A stretch of DNA of 43,456 bases. It comes from an uncultured archaeon (GTDB lineage: Archaea > Nanohalarchaeota > Nanosalinia > Nanosalinales > Nanosalinaceae). Shown here piece after piece: positions 10,032 to 18,361 of the stretch (the first letter of the stretch is position 1; every line of letters begins with the position of its first letter). The translations under genes were made by a program, and so were the position numbers. A model generated the notes under the pieces. That model had not been told where the DNA came from, made no database searches, and saw nothing but the letters and a program-made list of their open reading frames with translations. The stretch spans positions 1 through 43,456 of the forward strand of contig CAYQYU010000009.1 of NCBI GenBank assembly GCA_964421955.1, in the 5' to 3' direction.

Positions 10032-10325
10032 ATGAGCCTTAGACAGAGAAACAATATTGGAGCAGCCGGAACGCGTAGAGAAAGCTATGAAATCGGAAAA
10101 GAGGATTTAGAGGAGCTCAGAGATCTGGGTATGGATGTAAAAACACCCTATGTACCTGTAAAGTCCATAAATGTACTGTATACCGAGAACGGTGGTCATC
10201 CTTCGGTATCATTAACAGCGGAAAGATACTTTCTCGGAGACCTTAAACTTTTCACGGCCTCAGGCAAAGATTTCGGCAACTGGGGAGAAGTCAGGAGAAC
10301 ACTCCAGCAGCTAGACAGGCATTAA
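10032..10325 (+). CDS. Hypothetical protein
   Basis: 97-aa ORF filling the trm1-tfb gap, AT-richer than neighbours; no family recognised. Confidence 0.6.
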   Translation: MSLRQRNNIGAAGTRRESYEIGKEDLEELRDLGMDVKTPYVPVKSINVLYTENGGHPSVSLTAERYFLGDLKLFTASGKDFGNWGEVRRTLQQLDRH

Positions 10326-10366
10326 AGACAGGAAATAATAGAAATAAGTAAAATGTGGAGGAGCAG

Positions 10367-11461
10367 TTAGTTGCTCTTTTCCTCAAGCTCTTCCTCGAGG
10401 CCAAGCTTCTCGGCGAGCTCCTTGTAGCGGTTCCTGATCGTGACCTCTGTTACGCCGACCACGTCGGCGACTTCACGCTGTGTTCTCTTCTCTCCTTCAA
10501 GTACCGCGGCGATGTAGAGTGCCGCAGCAGCAAGACCTGTAGGGCCTTTGCCCGAGAGAAGATCTTTCTCGCGGGCCTCCTTCAGGATCTGCCTGGCACG
10601 GGCCTGGACTTCGCCCGAGAGCTGGAGCTTTCCAGCGAACCTCGGGACATAGTCCTGCGGCTTTGCCGGCAGAATCCTGAGTCCGAGCTCTCTCGCAACG
10701 TAACGGTACGCGCGACCGATCTCTCGCTTCTCAATTCCCGAAGCCTCGGAAATCTCGTCGAGCGTTCTTGGAGTTCCCTGTTTTCTCGCGACAATGTAGA
10801 GCAGTGCGGAGATAATTGACTCCATTGAACGCCCTCTTACAAGACCTTTATCGACAGCCTTCTCGTATAGTCGGGCAACCTCCTCGTGTACACTTTCGGG
10901 AAGGTTGAGGTTGGAGACCATCGAGTTGAGCTCCGATAGTGCAAAGCCCAGGTTGCGGTCCTTGGACTTCGTCAAACGCTTGTGCCATTTTCTCAGGCGG
11001 TAGTACTGCGCTCTTTTGTTTCCAGAAACCTTGTAAAGCTCTCCGGAACCTTTTCCGATCTCGGTCGAGACACCCATGTCGTGCTTGGTGTAGGTAAGTG
11101 GCTGTCCTGCTCTCGCTTTCTTTTCACGTTCTTCCTCGTTGAAGGCCCTCCACTCCGCAGATTCGTCGATGCGGTTCTCGTCTATAATCATTCCACATTC
11201 GACACATACGAGCTGGCCTTCCGCAGAGTCTTCTTCGAAGCGCTGTGATCCACATTCTGAACATGTTAGAACTGTGTCTCCTTCAGATGCTTCCTCTCTC
11301 TTTACTTCGTAGCCTTCTCCCTGTGCGACTTTCTCGGATTCTTCCTGTTCTTCCTCAGATTTTTCGTCTTCTTCAGATTCCCATTCCTCGGGAACTGTGT
11401 ATGAATCGAATTCGCGACGCGGTACGTGCTCCTGTTCTGACATAGTATCATTTTCAGACAT
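10367..11461 (-). CDS. tfb: Transcription initiation factor IIB
   Basis: Zn ribbon CSECG...CVECG, B-reader EWRAF, two cyclin repeats (GRSMESI, GKGPTGLAAAALY, VTEVTIRNRYKE); start set at the ATG following SD GGGAGG. Confidence 0.97.
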   Translation of the reverse strand: MSENDTMSEQEHVPRREFDSYTVPEEWESEEDEKSEEEQEESEKVAQGEGYEVKREEASEGDTVLTCSECGSQRFEEDSAEGQLVCVECGMIIDENRIDESAEWRAFNEEEREKKARAGQPLTYTKHDMGVSTEIGKGSGELYKVSGNKRAQYYRLRKWHKRLTKSKDRNLGFALSELNSMVSNLNLPESVHEEVARLYEKAVDKGLVRGRSMESIISALLYIVARKQGTPRTLDEISEASGIEKREIGRAYRYVARELGLRILPAKPQDYVPRFAGKLQLSGEVQARARQILKEAREKDLLSGKGPTGLAAAALYIAAVLEGEKRTQREVADVVGVTEVTIRNRYKELAEKLGLEEELEEKSN

Positions 11462-11595
11462 AGAACGGATTCCCCTCCCGTAGACCATTCATTCTACCCT
11501 AACTTTTAAATAAGTTTCGGTGAGTTGGTTGATCTGGCAGTGACAACACTCGCAATCACAGATAATAAAATATCGGGTGCACAACTCATCCTATA

Positions 11596-12633
11596 ATGGG
11601 AGAGGAAAATATCCGTTTCAAAAGAGAGATTCTCGGCGTTGCGCTTCTCCTCTCGCTGGGCAGCATATGGGTGCTATACCCATTCCTTGATGCGATCATA
11701 CTGGCTGTGGCAGCCTCTTATCTCCTCAGGTTCGCGCACCAGAAACTCAACGGAAAGATCCAGAACGATCTCCTGTCCTCAATAATCATAACATCTAGCG
11801 TCCTGGGATTGCTCCTGATAGGAACCTACTTCTTCATAAACAACTTCGTGGACATAATAACCGGGCTAAACGCACTTACCGGGTCGCTTAGACAGGGCAT
11901 ACTAAACATTATAGATTTCTTCCATCTCTCGGCCAAGTTCGAGCAGAACGTGATTAATGTGGTCGACAGGTTCTCGAACATCGCCACCAGCTGGCTCATC
12001 GATATCTTCGCCCAGATTCCCGCAGTCTTCATCCAGATGGGTATCTTCACCGTAACTCTGATCTACCTCTACAGGGACGGTGCCAAGATAGAGAAGCAGG
12101 TGGATGAGGTGGTAGAAAACCTGCCCGAGAACGAGAGAAAGATAATCCGTTCGCTGGTGAGATCCATAGACTCCATCTTCCGGGGAGTATTCGTCACACA
12201 GTTCCTTGTCGCGCTGATAATAGGGCTAATCTCGGGAATCGGTTTCTATGCAATCTCTCTCATAACCAACCCTATGCCTCTTATACCTCTATGGGCCGTG
12301 CTGATATCGCTCGCCGCATTACTACCGCTGATCGCGGCATTCATGTTCTACGGACCCATCGGAATATACTATCTGATCACGGGCGAGCCACTCCAAGGAA
12401 CGCTTATAATTGGCTACGGAATACTTATGCTCAACATCCTCCCGGAGATGCTCCTACGGCCATACATCGGCTCGAAGCAGATGAACGAGCACCCGCTGAT
12501 AATATTCACGGGCTTCATCGCAGGACCGCTTACACTCGGGCTGAAAGGGCTCATACTCGGGCCGGTGCTCCTCATACTGACGAAGGAGTTCATCCTGAAC
12601 TATACCGATCTAGTTTCCGGCGAAACCGGGTAG
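11596..12633 (+). CDS. AI-2E family (UPF0118/PerM) transporter
   Basis: Multi-TM protein with LLRPYIG, HPLIIFTGFIAG and GLKGLILGPVL C-terminal signature. Confidence 0.9.
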   Translation: MGEENIRFKREILGVALLLSLGSIWVLYPFLDAIILAVAASYLLRFAHQKLNGKIQNDLLSSIIITSSVLGLLLIGTYFFINNFVDIITGLNALTGSLRQGILNIIDFFHLSAKFEQNVINVVDRFSNIATSWLIDIFAQIPAVFIQMGIFTVTLIYLYRDGAKIEKQVDEVVENLPENERKIIRSLVRSIDSIFRGVFVTQFLVALIIGLISGIGFYAISLITNPMPLIPLWAVLISLAALLPLIAAFMFYGPIGIYYLITGEPLQGTLIIGYGILMLNILPEMLLRPYIGSKQMNEHPLIIFTGFIAGPLTLGLKGLILGPVLLILTKEFILNYTDLVSGETG

Positions 12634-13057
12634 AACCACACCTGGGACACTTACTGCCTTCCACTTGAGAACCACAATTGTCGCATACCTTCACCCAGGA
12701 AAGCTTTTCCTCGACTTCCTCACCCATGTAGGACTGGAAATCCGCATCAAGGTGCATTGCCAGGTTCTGGAGATCCATATCGTCTGTCACCAGGACCATG
12801 TCAAGATCGATGGCGAGCGCAAGCAAACGCTCATCTGTATCGGATGTGGCAGCCCCGACCGCCGAAGACCTTTCTCTAACGTCGTCCAGAACTTCCCGGG
12901 AAGGACTCTCAACTTTCACGTCTCTTACGTCGAAGTTCAACCGCGACTTCGAACTTTCAAGTTCTTCAACTACCTCCGGAACGGTGTAGAACTCGTCGAA
13001 TTCGAGGTTGGATCTGCCACGGATAAAGACGTTTGCATCAAGGACTGCACGGCTCAT
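12590..13057 (-). CDS. nob1: Nob1 endonuclease (PIN domain + Zn ribbon)
   Basis: VLDANVF, EVVEEL, SDTD and LVTDDMDLQN PIN motifs with CDNC...CPRCG ribbon; ATG at 13057; 44-nt convergent overlap with the transporter gene. Confidence 0.9.
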   Translation of the reverse strand: MSRAVLDANVFIRGRSNLEFDEFYTVPEVVEELESSKSRLNFDVRDVKVESPSREVLDDVRERSSAVGAATSDTDERLLALAIDLDMVLVTDDMDLQNLAMHLDADFQSYMGEEVEEKLSWVKVCDNCGSQVEGSKCPRCGSTRFRRKLDRYSSG

Positions 13058-13148
13058 GTCCTCAGGACAGCATGCGAAAGTCAAAAAGCTTTGTTCGAGC
13101 ACCGTTTCATATTAAAAGCTGCCCAAAGCATCTTTTGGACGTGATACA

Positions 13149-13346
13149 ATGAGTCTACCCAACGCCCCCATCGAAAGAATCATAAGAAACGCCGGAGCCG
13201 AAAGAGTTTCTGAAGAAGCAGTAGAAGAGTTAAAGACAGCAGTAGAGGACGCCGGAAAAGACATAGCCCGCAAGGCCATCGAACTCGCGAACCACGCCAA
13301 CAGGAACACAGTTAAAAAAGAAGACATCGAACTCGCGACACAGTGA
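13149..13346 (+). CDS. Archaeal histone (HMf-type, single fold)
   Basis: [19 protein letters not shown]...[15 protein letters not shown], 65 aa. Confidence 0.96.
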   Translation: MSLPNAPIERIIRNAGAERVSEEAVEELKTAVEDAGKDIARKAIELANHANRNTVKKEDIELATQ

Positions 13347-13353
13347 AACAAGT

Positions 13354-13737
13354 ATGCCTACACAGGTAGAAGCATCTAATCTGAGGAAAGGATCGTATGT
13401 AATAATCGACGGAGAACCCTGCGAAGTCCGCGGCACTTCTAAATCAAGCCCGGGAAAACACGGGAGTGCGAAGATCAAGATAAAAGCCCGGGGCGTGTTT
13501 GACGAGAAAGATCGGCACATAACAAAGCCTGGAGACAAGATGATGATGTCCCCAGACATCGAGAAGAAGGTCGGCCAGGTCGTCTCAATCGATGGAACAA
13601 TCGCCCAGGTAATGGACATGGACACCTACGAGACGGAAGAGATGGATCTACCAGAAGATCTCAACGCGGGAGAGGGCGACGAGATCAAGTTCTGGCAGAT
13701 AGACGACCGGAAGCTAGTCAAGGGTCTGAAGGACTAG
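13354..13737 (+). CDS. eif5a: Translation factor aIF5A
   Basis: Hypusine-site motif SPGKHGSAK; QVMDMDTYET. Confidence 0.97.
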   Translation: MPTQVEASNLRKGSYVIIDGEPCEVRGTSKSSPGKHGSAKIKIKARGVFDEKDRHITKPGDKMMMSPDIEKKVGQVVSIDGTIAQVMDMDTYETEEMDLPEDLNAGEGDEIKFWQIDDRKLVKGLKD

Positions 13738-13800
13738 AACCCTCCAGAAACCTGTTTCAGCAGGAGCAGCGTTTTAACACTTTTTACACAAATTATCATC

Positions 13801-14307
13801 ATGGCTGCGGTAGCCGTAGAAGCTGAAGAGACGTTAGAGGATGTTTTACTGGCAACCCTCAACCACTATACAGTCGCTTTCGAGTCAAGAATCCATAACA
13901 CTCTCTACCTTTCCGAACTAAGAAAGCTTGAAGAAAATGAAGAATTCAATCGCCTAGCTCCTTGCTATTTCAGACTCTACTTTGAAGGAGCCAATTCTGA
14001 AGAGATTCACTACACCCTGCAAGATCTGCTAGAAGAAGAGAGAGTAAAGACAGATACTATGTCTATCCGAAAACCAGGAAAGCCACGCCCGGAAAAGAAA
14101 ACAGTATTCGAGAGTATAAATACGGACTACGATATTTCGAAAGAAAATGAAGAGATTATCGAAGAAGTCTGCGAAGAGTATCGCCACAAACATCTCACTG
14201 ACCTAGTTGACGACGTGAAAAGGACGTGGCCCATGATTGAAAACGATTTCGATGAAGTAATCGAACTTGAGGAATATCACGGGGAAAGAGCAATACCTCT
14301 TCCATGA
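13801..14307 (+). CDS. Panacea/SocA (DUF4065)-like antitoxin-domain protein
   Basis: RIHNTLYLSE resembles the KLQKLLY motif, FRLYFEGANSEEI resembles the F...GP.S..v motif, and the C-terminal EEIIEEVCEEY...L...K.TWP pattern fits; recognised by eye only. Confidence 0.6.
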   Translation: MAAVAVEAEETLEDVLLATLNHYTVAFESRIHNTLYLSELRKLEENEEFNRLAPCYFRLYFEGANSEEIHYTLQDLLEEERVKTDTMSIRKPGKPRPEKKTVFESINTDYDISKENEEIIEEVCEEYRHKHLTDLVDDVKRTWPMIENDFDEVIELEEYHGERAIPLP

Positions 14308-14351
14308 ATCTCTTGGAAAGATTAAAACCTGTCGATAGCTAACTCGCCTAC

Positions 14352-15695
14352 ATGGACACCGAACGCCTCCGGGAGAAAGTTCTAGAAAAGTTCTATCCCG
14401 GCGAAGAAGAACTGGAGGAGACCCATGAGAAGTACGAGAAGATAGCTGGCTTCATAAAGGAGGAGTTCTCTCTTGAGACACACTTTGCAGGTTCCTCATC
14501 CCGAAAAACCTGCATGAAGGGTGACCGAGACATCGACATCTTCGTGCTGTTTTCTGAAGACACAGGAAGGAAGGAACTGGAGAACCACGGCCTTGAAGTC
14601 GGTAAAAAAGTATTCGAAGAGTTCAACGGCGAATACCGCATAGAGTACGCAGAGCACCCCTATACCAGGGGAGAAATCAACGGCCACGAGGTCGAGATCG
14701 TCCCGTGCTACGATGTTGAAAAAGGCGAGATAAAGAGCGCGGTAGACAGGACGCCGCATCACTCTCGCTGGATCGATGAAAACTTGAGCGAGGAGCAGAG
14801 AAAAGACGTGGTGATGCTGAAAGTATTTCTACGAGCGGAGGAAATCTACGGATCCTCGCTGAAGACCAGAGGTTTCTCCGGCTACCTTTCCGAGGTTCTG
14901 ATAGCGGAGTACGGGAGTTTCGAGAACCTGGTTGAGGCCGCAAGCAGCTGGAACGAAACAGAAATAATCGATCCCGAAGGACATCATGAGAGACTACCGC
15001 AGGAACTTGAGGAAAAGTTTGAGAACGACAATCTCGTGGTGATAGACCCTGTCGATCCGGACAGAAACGTCGCCTCGGTACTTTCCCGGGAAAATTACTC
15101 CCGCTTCATCTACCGATGCTGGAGATTCAGGCAGAATCCAGGGATCCACTTTTTCGAGGAAGAGGAATACGAGTACACAGAGTTCGGGCTGAAGCAGGAG
15201 ATTGATAAGCGGGCAGAGTTCCTGGTGCTCGAATTCGAGAACCCGGAGGACGTGGAAGATATTGTATATCCCCAGATGCGGAAGGCGATGAGAAGACTGG
15301 AACAGGTACTTGGAAAGCAGGACTTCAGGATATTCGAGTCCGGTTTCCATATTGGAGACAAGACAAGAATTTTCTTCGAAATGGAGCGCGAGCTGCCGGA
15401 AATAGAGGAGATAAAAGGACCGAAGGTCTTCCACGGAGAGGACCATCTGGCGCAGTTCTCGGGCAAGTACGACAACATCTTCGTGAAGGATGATAGACTC
15501 TATGCGAAAGTTGAGCGGGAGTACACCGATGCAAAAAATCTACTCCAGGACTTCCTGGAGGAAAACGCGGAAGAACGCGGCATTCCTGGCAAGGTTGCGG
15601 AAAATATACAGGACTTCAGTTTCACCCCTCCTCTAGAGGGAGATGAAAAATGGTTAAAATATCTTGCCGAAAAACTACACGTAGAGGAGAAATAA
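14352..15695 (+). CDS. cca: CCA-adding enzyme (class I, archaeal)
   Basis: GSSSRKTCMKGDRDIDIF nucleotidyltransferase motif, YAEHPY, SAVDRTPHH, GFSGYLSE, DPVDPDRNVA. Confidence 0.96.
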   Translation: MDTERLREKVLEKFYPGEEELEETHEKYEKIAGFIKEEFSLETHFAGSSSRKTCMKGDRDIDIFVLFSEDTGRKELENHGLEVGKKVFEEFNGEYRIEYAEHPYTRGEINGHEVEIVPCYDVEKGEIKSAVDRTPHHSRWIDENLSEEQRKDVVMLKVFLRAEEIYGSSLKTRGFSGYLSEVLIAEYGSFENLVEAASSWNETEIIDPEGHHERLPQELEEKFENDNLVVIDPVDPDRNVASVLSRENYSRFIYRCWRFRQNPGIHFFEEEEYEYTEFGLKQEIDKRAEFLVLEFENPEDVEDIVYPQMRKAMRRLEQVLGKQDFRIFESGFHIGDKTRIFFEMERELPEIEEIKGPKVFHGEDHLAQFSGKYDNIFVKDDRLYAKVEREYTDAKNLLQDFLEENAEERGIPGKVAENIQDFSFTPPLEGDEKWLKYLAEKLHVEEK

Positions 15696-15698
15696 ACT

Positions 15699-16268
15699 AT
15701 GGGCGATGTCAACATCCTGGTAGGTCTTTCCGGCGTAGGAAAATCGACAGTGCTTGAGGAAGCAATGATGCTCTCCGACAGGGACTACGAGGTGATCAAC
15801 TACGGCGACAGGATGCTCGAGACCGCGAAGAAGGAAGGTCTAGTGGACCACCGGGACGAGATGAAGGATCTTGACACCGAAACCTACAGGAGAATACAGA
15901 TGAACGCTGCCCGCTCGATCGTTAGCGACTCAGAAGACAGAGACGTCATAGTAGACACCCATGCATCGATCAAGTCCCCCTACGGCTACATTCCCGGGCT
16001 ACCGAAGTGGACCCTGGAGAACCTCGAGCCCTCGAAGATAATCATACTTAATGCGGACCCGGAGAAAGTATTTTCCCGGAGCCAGGGAGATAGCGACAGG
16101 GACCGCGAACACGACTCAGTAGAAGACGTTGAAGAATACCAGAGAGTCGCGAGAGAGATGGCTGCCGCAGGTTCCGTCCTCACAGGCGCTTACCTGAAAG
16201 TCCTCGAGAACAGGGAAGGTAAAGCAGAGAAAGCTGCAGAAGAACTTGTGAAGACCCTGAAGGCCTAG
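15699..16268 (+). CDS. adkA: Adenylate kinase (archaeal type)
   Basis: GLSGVGKST P-loop, NYGDRM, RDEMK, VDTHASI, GYIPGLP. Confidence 0.93.
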   Translation: MGDVNILVGLSGVGKSTVLEEAMMLSDRDYEVINYGDRMLETAKKEGLVDHRDEMKDLDTETYRRIQMNAARSIVSDSEDRDVIVDTHASIKSPYGYIPGLPKWTLENLEPSKIIILNADPEKVFSRSQGDSDRDREHDSVEDVEEYQRVAREMAAAGSVLTGAYLKVLENREGKAEKAAEELVKTLKA

Positions 16269-16963
16269 TCCGATAGATAATATTTCGGACTCACCACAAA
16301 CACGTATGTCGTTATCACGCCCGAAACCATTCTCAGCGAGAAAAAGCCGGCGTAGCCCGCGTATTTCATGCCTTGGTCGCCGGTGAAGGATGCGACTCCA
16401 AGAAGAATCAGAGATAACAGCGTGAGAAATCCGACCTCCAGGGAGTTGCTGACCGACATCTTCGCGGAGCCCGAGAAACCTTTCAGGACGGAGCCTTCCT
16501 CCAGCAGGCTAATGGGGAAGAAGTAGATCATGAAAGCCATTGAGAGCATAAGTATCCCGGTAATAACCCCTCCAGCCACAAGAGTCAGGTAACTCCCGCT
16601 GAAGTAGTATGTCACTGCGCCAGCAGCCAGAGGAATATAGAGCAGGAAACTCGCGATAAAGAGTGCGGCGGTGGTAGCTACCAGCTGGCCGGCCCTGCCC
16701 GCGGCCTCATCCCAGCCCTTCCTCAAGATATCTTCCTCATCCCCGTGCTTCACCATCGCCGCCATCATGACAGAGACGAAGACTGCCAGCAAAACAAGTA
16801 CCGGTCCGGTGGCCGCGTAAAGATAGATACTTCCGTAGCCCGAGAGCAGCCCTATCATCCATAAGGCCCCTATAGAGGTCGAGGCCAGCTTTGGCACGAA
16901 CAGTCGTGGCCGTTGCTTCAGGAGCTGGAAACTCTCTATCAAAACATTGATAATACTGGGCAT
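16265..16963 (-). CDS. Hypothetical multi-pass membrane protein
   Basis: 232 aa with about 6 hydrophobic segments; stop overlaps the adk stop (CTAG). Confidence 0.8.
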   Translation of the reverse strand: MPSIINVLIESFQLLKQRPRLFVPKLASTSIGALWMIGLLSGYGSIYLYAATGPVLVLLAVFVSVMMAAMVKHGDEEDILRKGWDEAAGRAGQLVATTAALFIASFLLYIPLAAGAVTYYFSGSYLTLVAGGVITGILMLSMAFMIYFFPISLLEEGSVLKGFSGSAKMSVSNSLEVGFLTLLSLILLGVASFTGDQGMKYAGYAGFFSLRMVSGVITTYVFVVSPKYYLSD

Positions 16964-17155
16964 TACCTGTAAGATTACAGCCAGTCGTTGTTAAAGCTGT
17001 TATGCAACTTCTGTTTCAGCCAAGGACAGGTATCCTGTAAGAATCCTTTTGAGGTGTTGTTATCGAGTCTTAGATACAATAAATCGTTAAGCTGCCCTTA
17101 GCGCCGGCCTAACAGAATCACAAGGTTAATAAGAGTGGGACACTGAATTTGCTGT

Positions 17156-17437
17156 ATGGCGAGCATGTGGGACATCGGCAAAAGTTCCAAAGAAAAGCTC
17201 GCCGATGAATGGGAAAACCAGGGCGTCCTCGAAGATAAAGTAGAACAGCACAGAGAAAAGTTCGAGGACCATTTCAGAGAGAACATGGAGAAAGACGTTC
17301 CAACACACCCATACAAGATCTACAGAAACATCGTGGAGTCAAACGAACTGAGTGACGAGGAAAGAATCGCTCTAGAGCACATGAAAGACGAGTTCGCGGA
17401 GCAATGGCAGACCTTGAAGCAGACCCACTCCAACTGA
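17156..17437 (+). CDS. Hypothetical protein
   Basis: 93-aa acidic helical ORF with genome-typical codon usage. Confidence 0.7.
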   Translation: MASMWDIGKSSKEKLADEWENQGVLEDKVEQHREKFEDHFRENMEKDVPTHPYKIYRNIVESNELSDEERIALEHMKDEFAEQWQTLKQTHSN

Positions 17438-17571
17438 CTTCCTCATCGGTGAGCCTCTGGGGAGGGGATCACCATATTTTCTTTCTGGCGCCGGGAAGCC
17501 ATTCTGCATAGTCCAGACCAGAAATATGTAATACAAAAATACGTATTATCGCTAAAAATAAGGTATTTGTA

Positions 17572-18282
17572 TTACATTTCGCCAAGAAAGTCTTCCTCAG
17601 ACCTTTCCAGACGATCCTCAAGCCTTCTCTCCCTGAGTTCCCGGAGCTCACTATCAATCTCCCGGTACTCATTCCACCGGTCATAGGCTTTCTTGAACAG
17701 GTAGACGCCTGCCACGGGAAGTCCAAGGGTCAGAACAGCCGTTCCAGGATCATCCAGGTATATCGATGGCGCCTCTGAGTAGAAGTCGAGGATTCCCTCT
17801 GTAAACGGGTAGGCGTTCGCGGCGAGAAGCCCGGCACCGGTCAGGGCAGAACCGGCAAGAAGGCCATAGAACATTCCGCGCTGCTTGTGTCCTGCAAGAT
17901 CCTCCAGGGTGTCTATCCGGCCCTCTATCATCTCCCGGTACTCCGTCCTGGCCTTATCAAGTATATCCGAGTAGCTGCCTATAACTCTCTGCCTCCTCAG
18001 TTCCAGCCCTTCCAGATCCTCTATATTCTGCTCCATGAAACCCCGGTACTCCTCCAGGAAGCCCTCCAGAAGAGTGACATAACGGGATGTCGCTCTCTCC
18101 AGGTCATCGACCTGTCCATCAACGATCTCGCGGTGCTCACGCCTCACCGATTCCAGTCTTTTCTCATAATCTTCCAGAACGTCCTCGGGATCATCTTCCA
18201 CTTCAAGCCTCAGTTCTTCGAGAGCGGTTTCTACACCTCCAAAAGCATCGGGACGGCTCTCAACTTCGTCCTCTTGAATCAA
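17572..18282 (-). CDS. Hypothetical coiled-coil protein with two C-terminal TM helices
   Basis: Long E/R/L-rich helical region followed by GMFYGLLAGSALTGAGLLAA and AVLTLGLPVAGVYLF hydrophobic segments; TTG start after GGTGA. Confidence 0.75.
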   Translation of the reverse strand: MIQEDEVESRPDAFGGVETALEELRLEVEDDPEDVLEDYEKRLESVRREHREIVDGQVDDLERATSRYVTLLEGFLEEYRGFMEQNIEDLEGLELRRQRVIGSYSDILDKARTEYREMIEGRIDTLEDLAGHKQRGMFYGLLAGSALTGAGLLAANAYPFTEGILDFYSEAPSIYLDDPGTAVLTLGLPVAGVYLFKKAYDRWNEYREIDSELRELRERRLEDRLERSEEDFLGEM

Positions 18283-18361
18283 GAATCACCCTGTCCACGA
18301 CGGCTACCCGCAGGTTTAAATCGTAAACTTCAGAAAGACGGATGTGAGACAGTATACGCAG

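Noticed and set aside
13752-17020. Shared 10-mer CTGTTTCAGC in two intergenic regions
   Set aside because: A lone 10-nt match is expected by chance in this amount of sequence and has no shared context.
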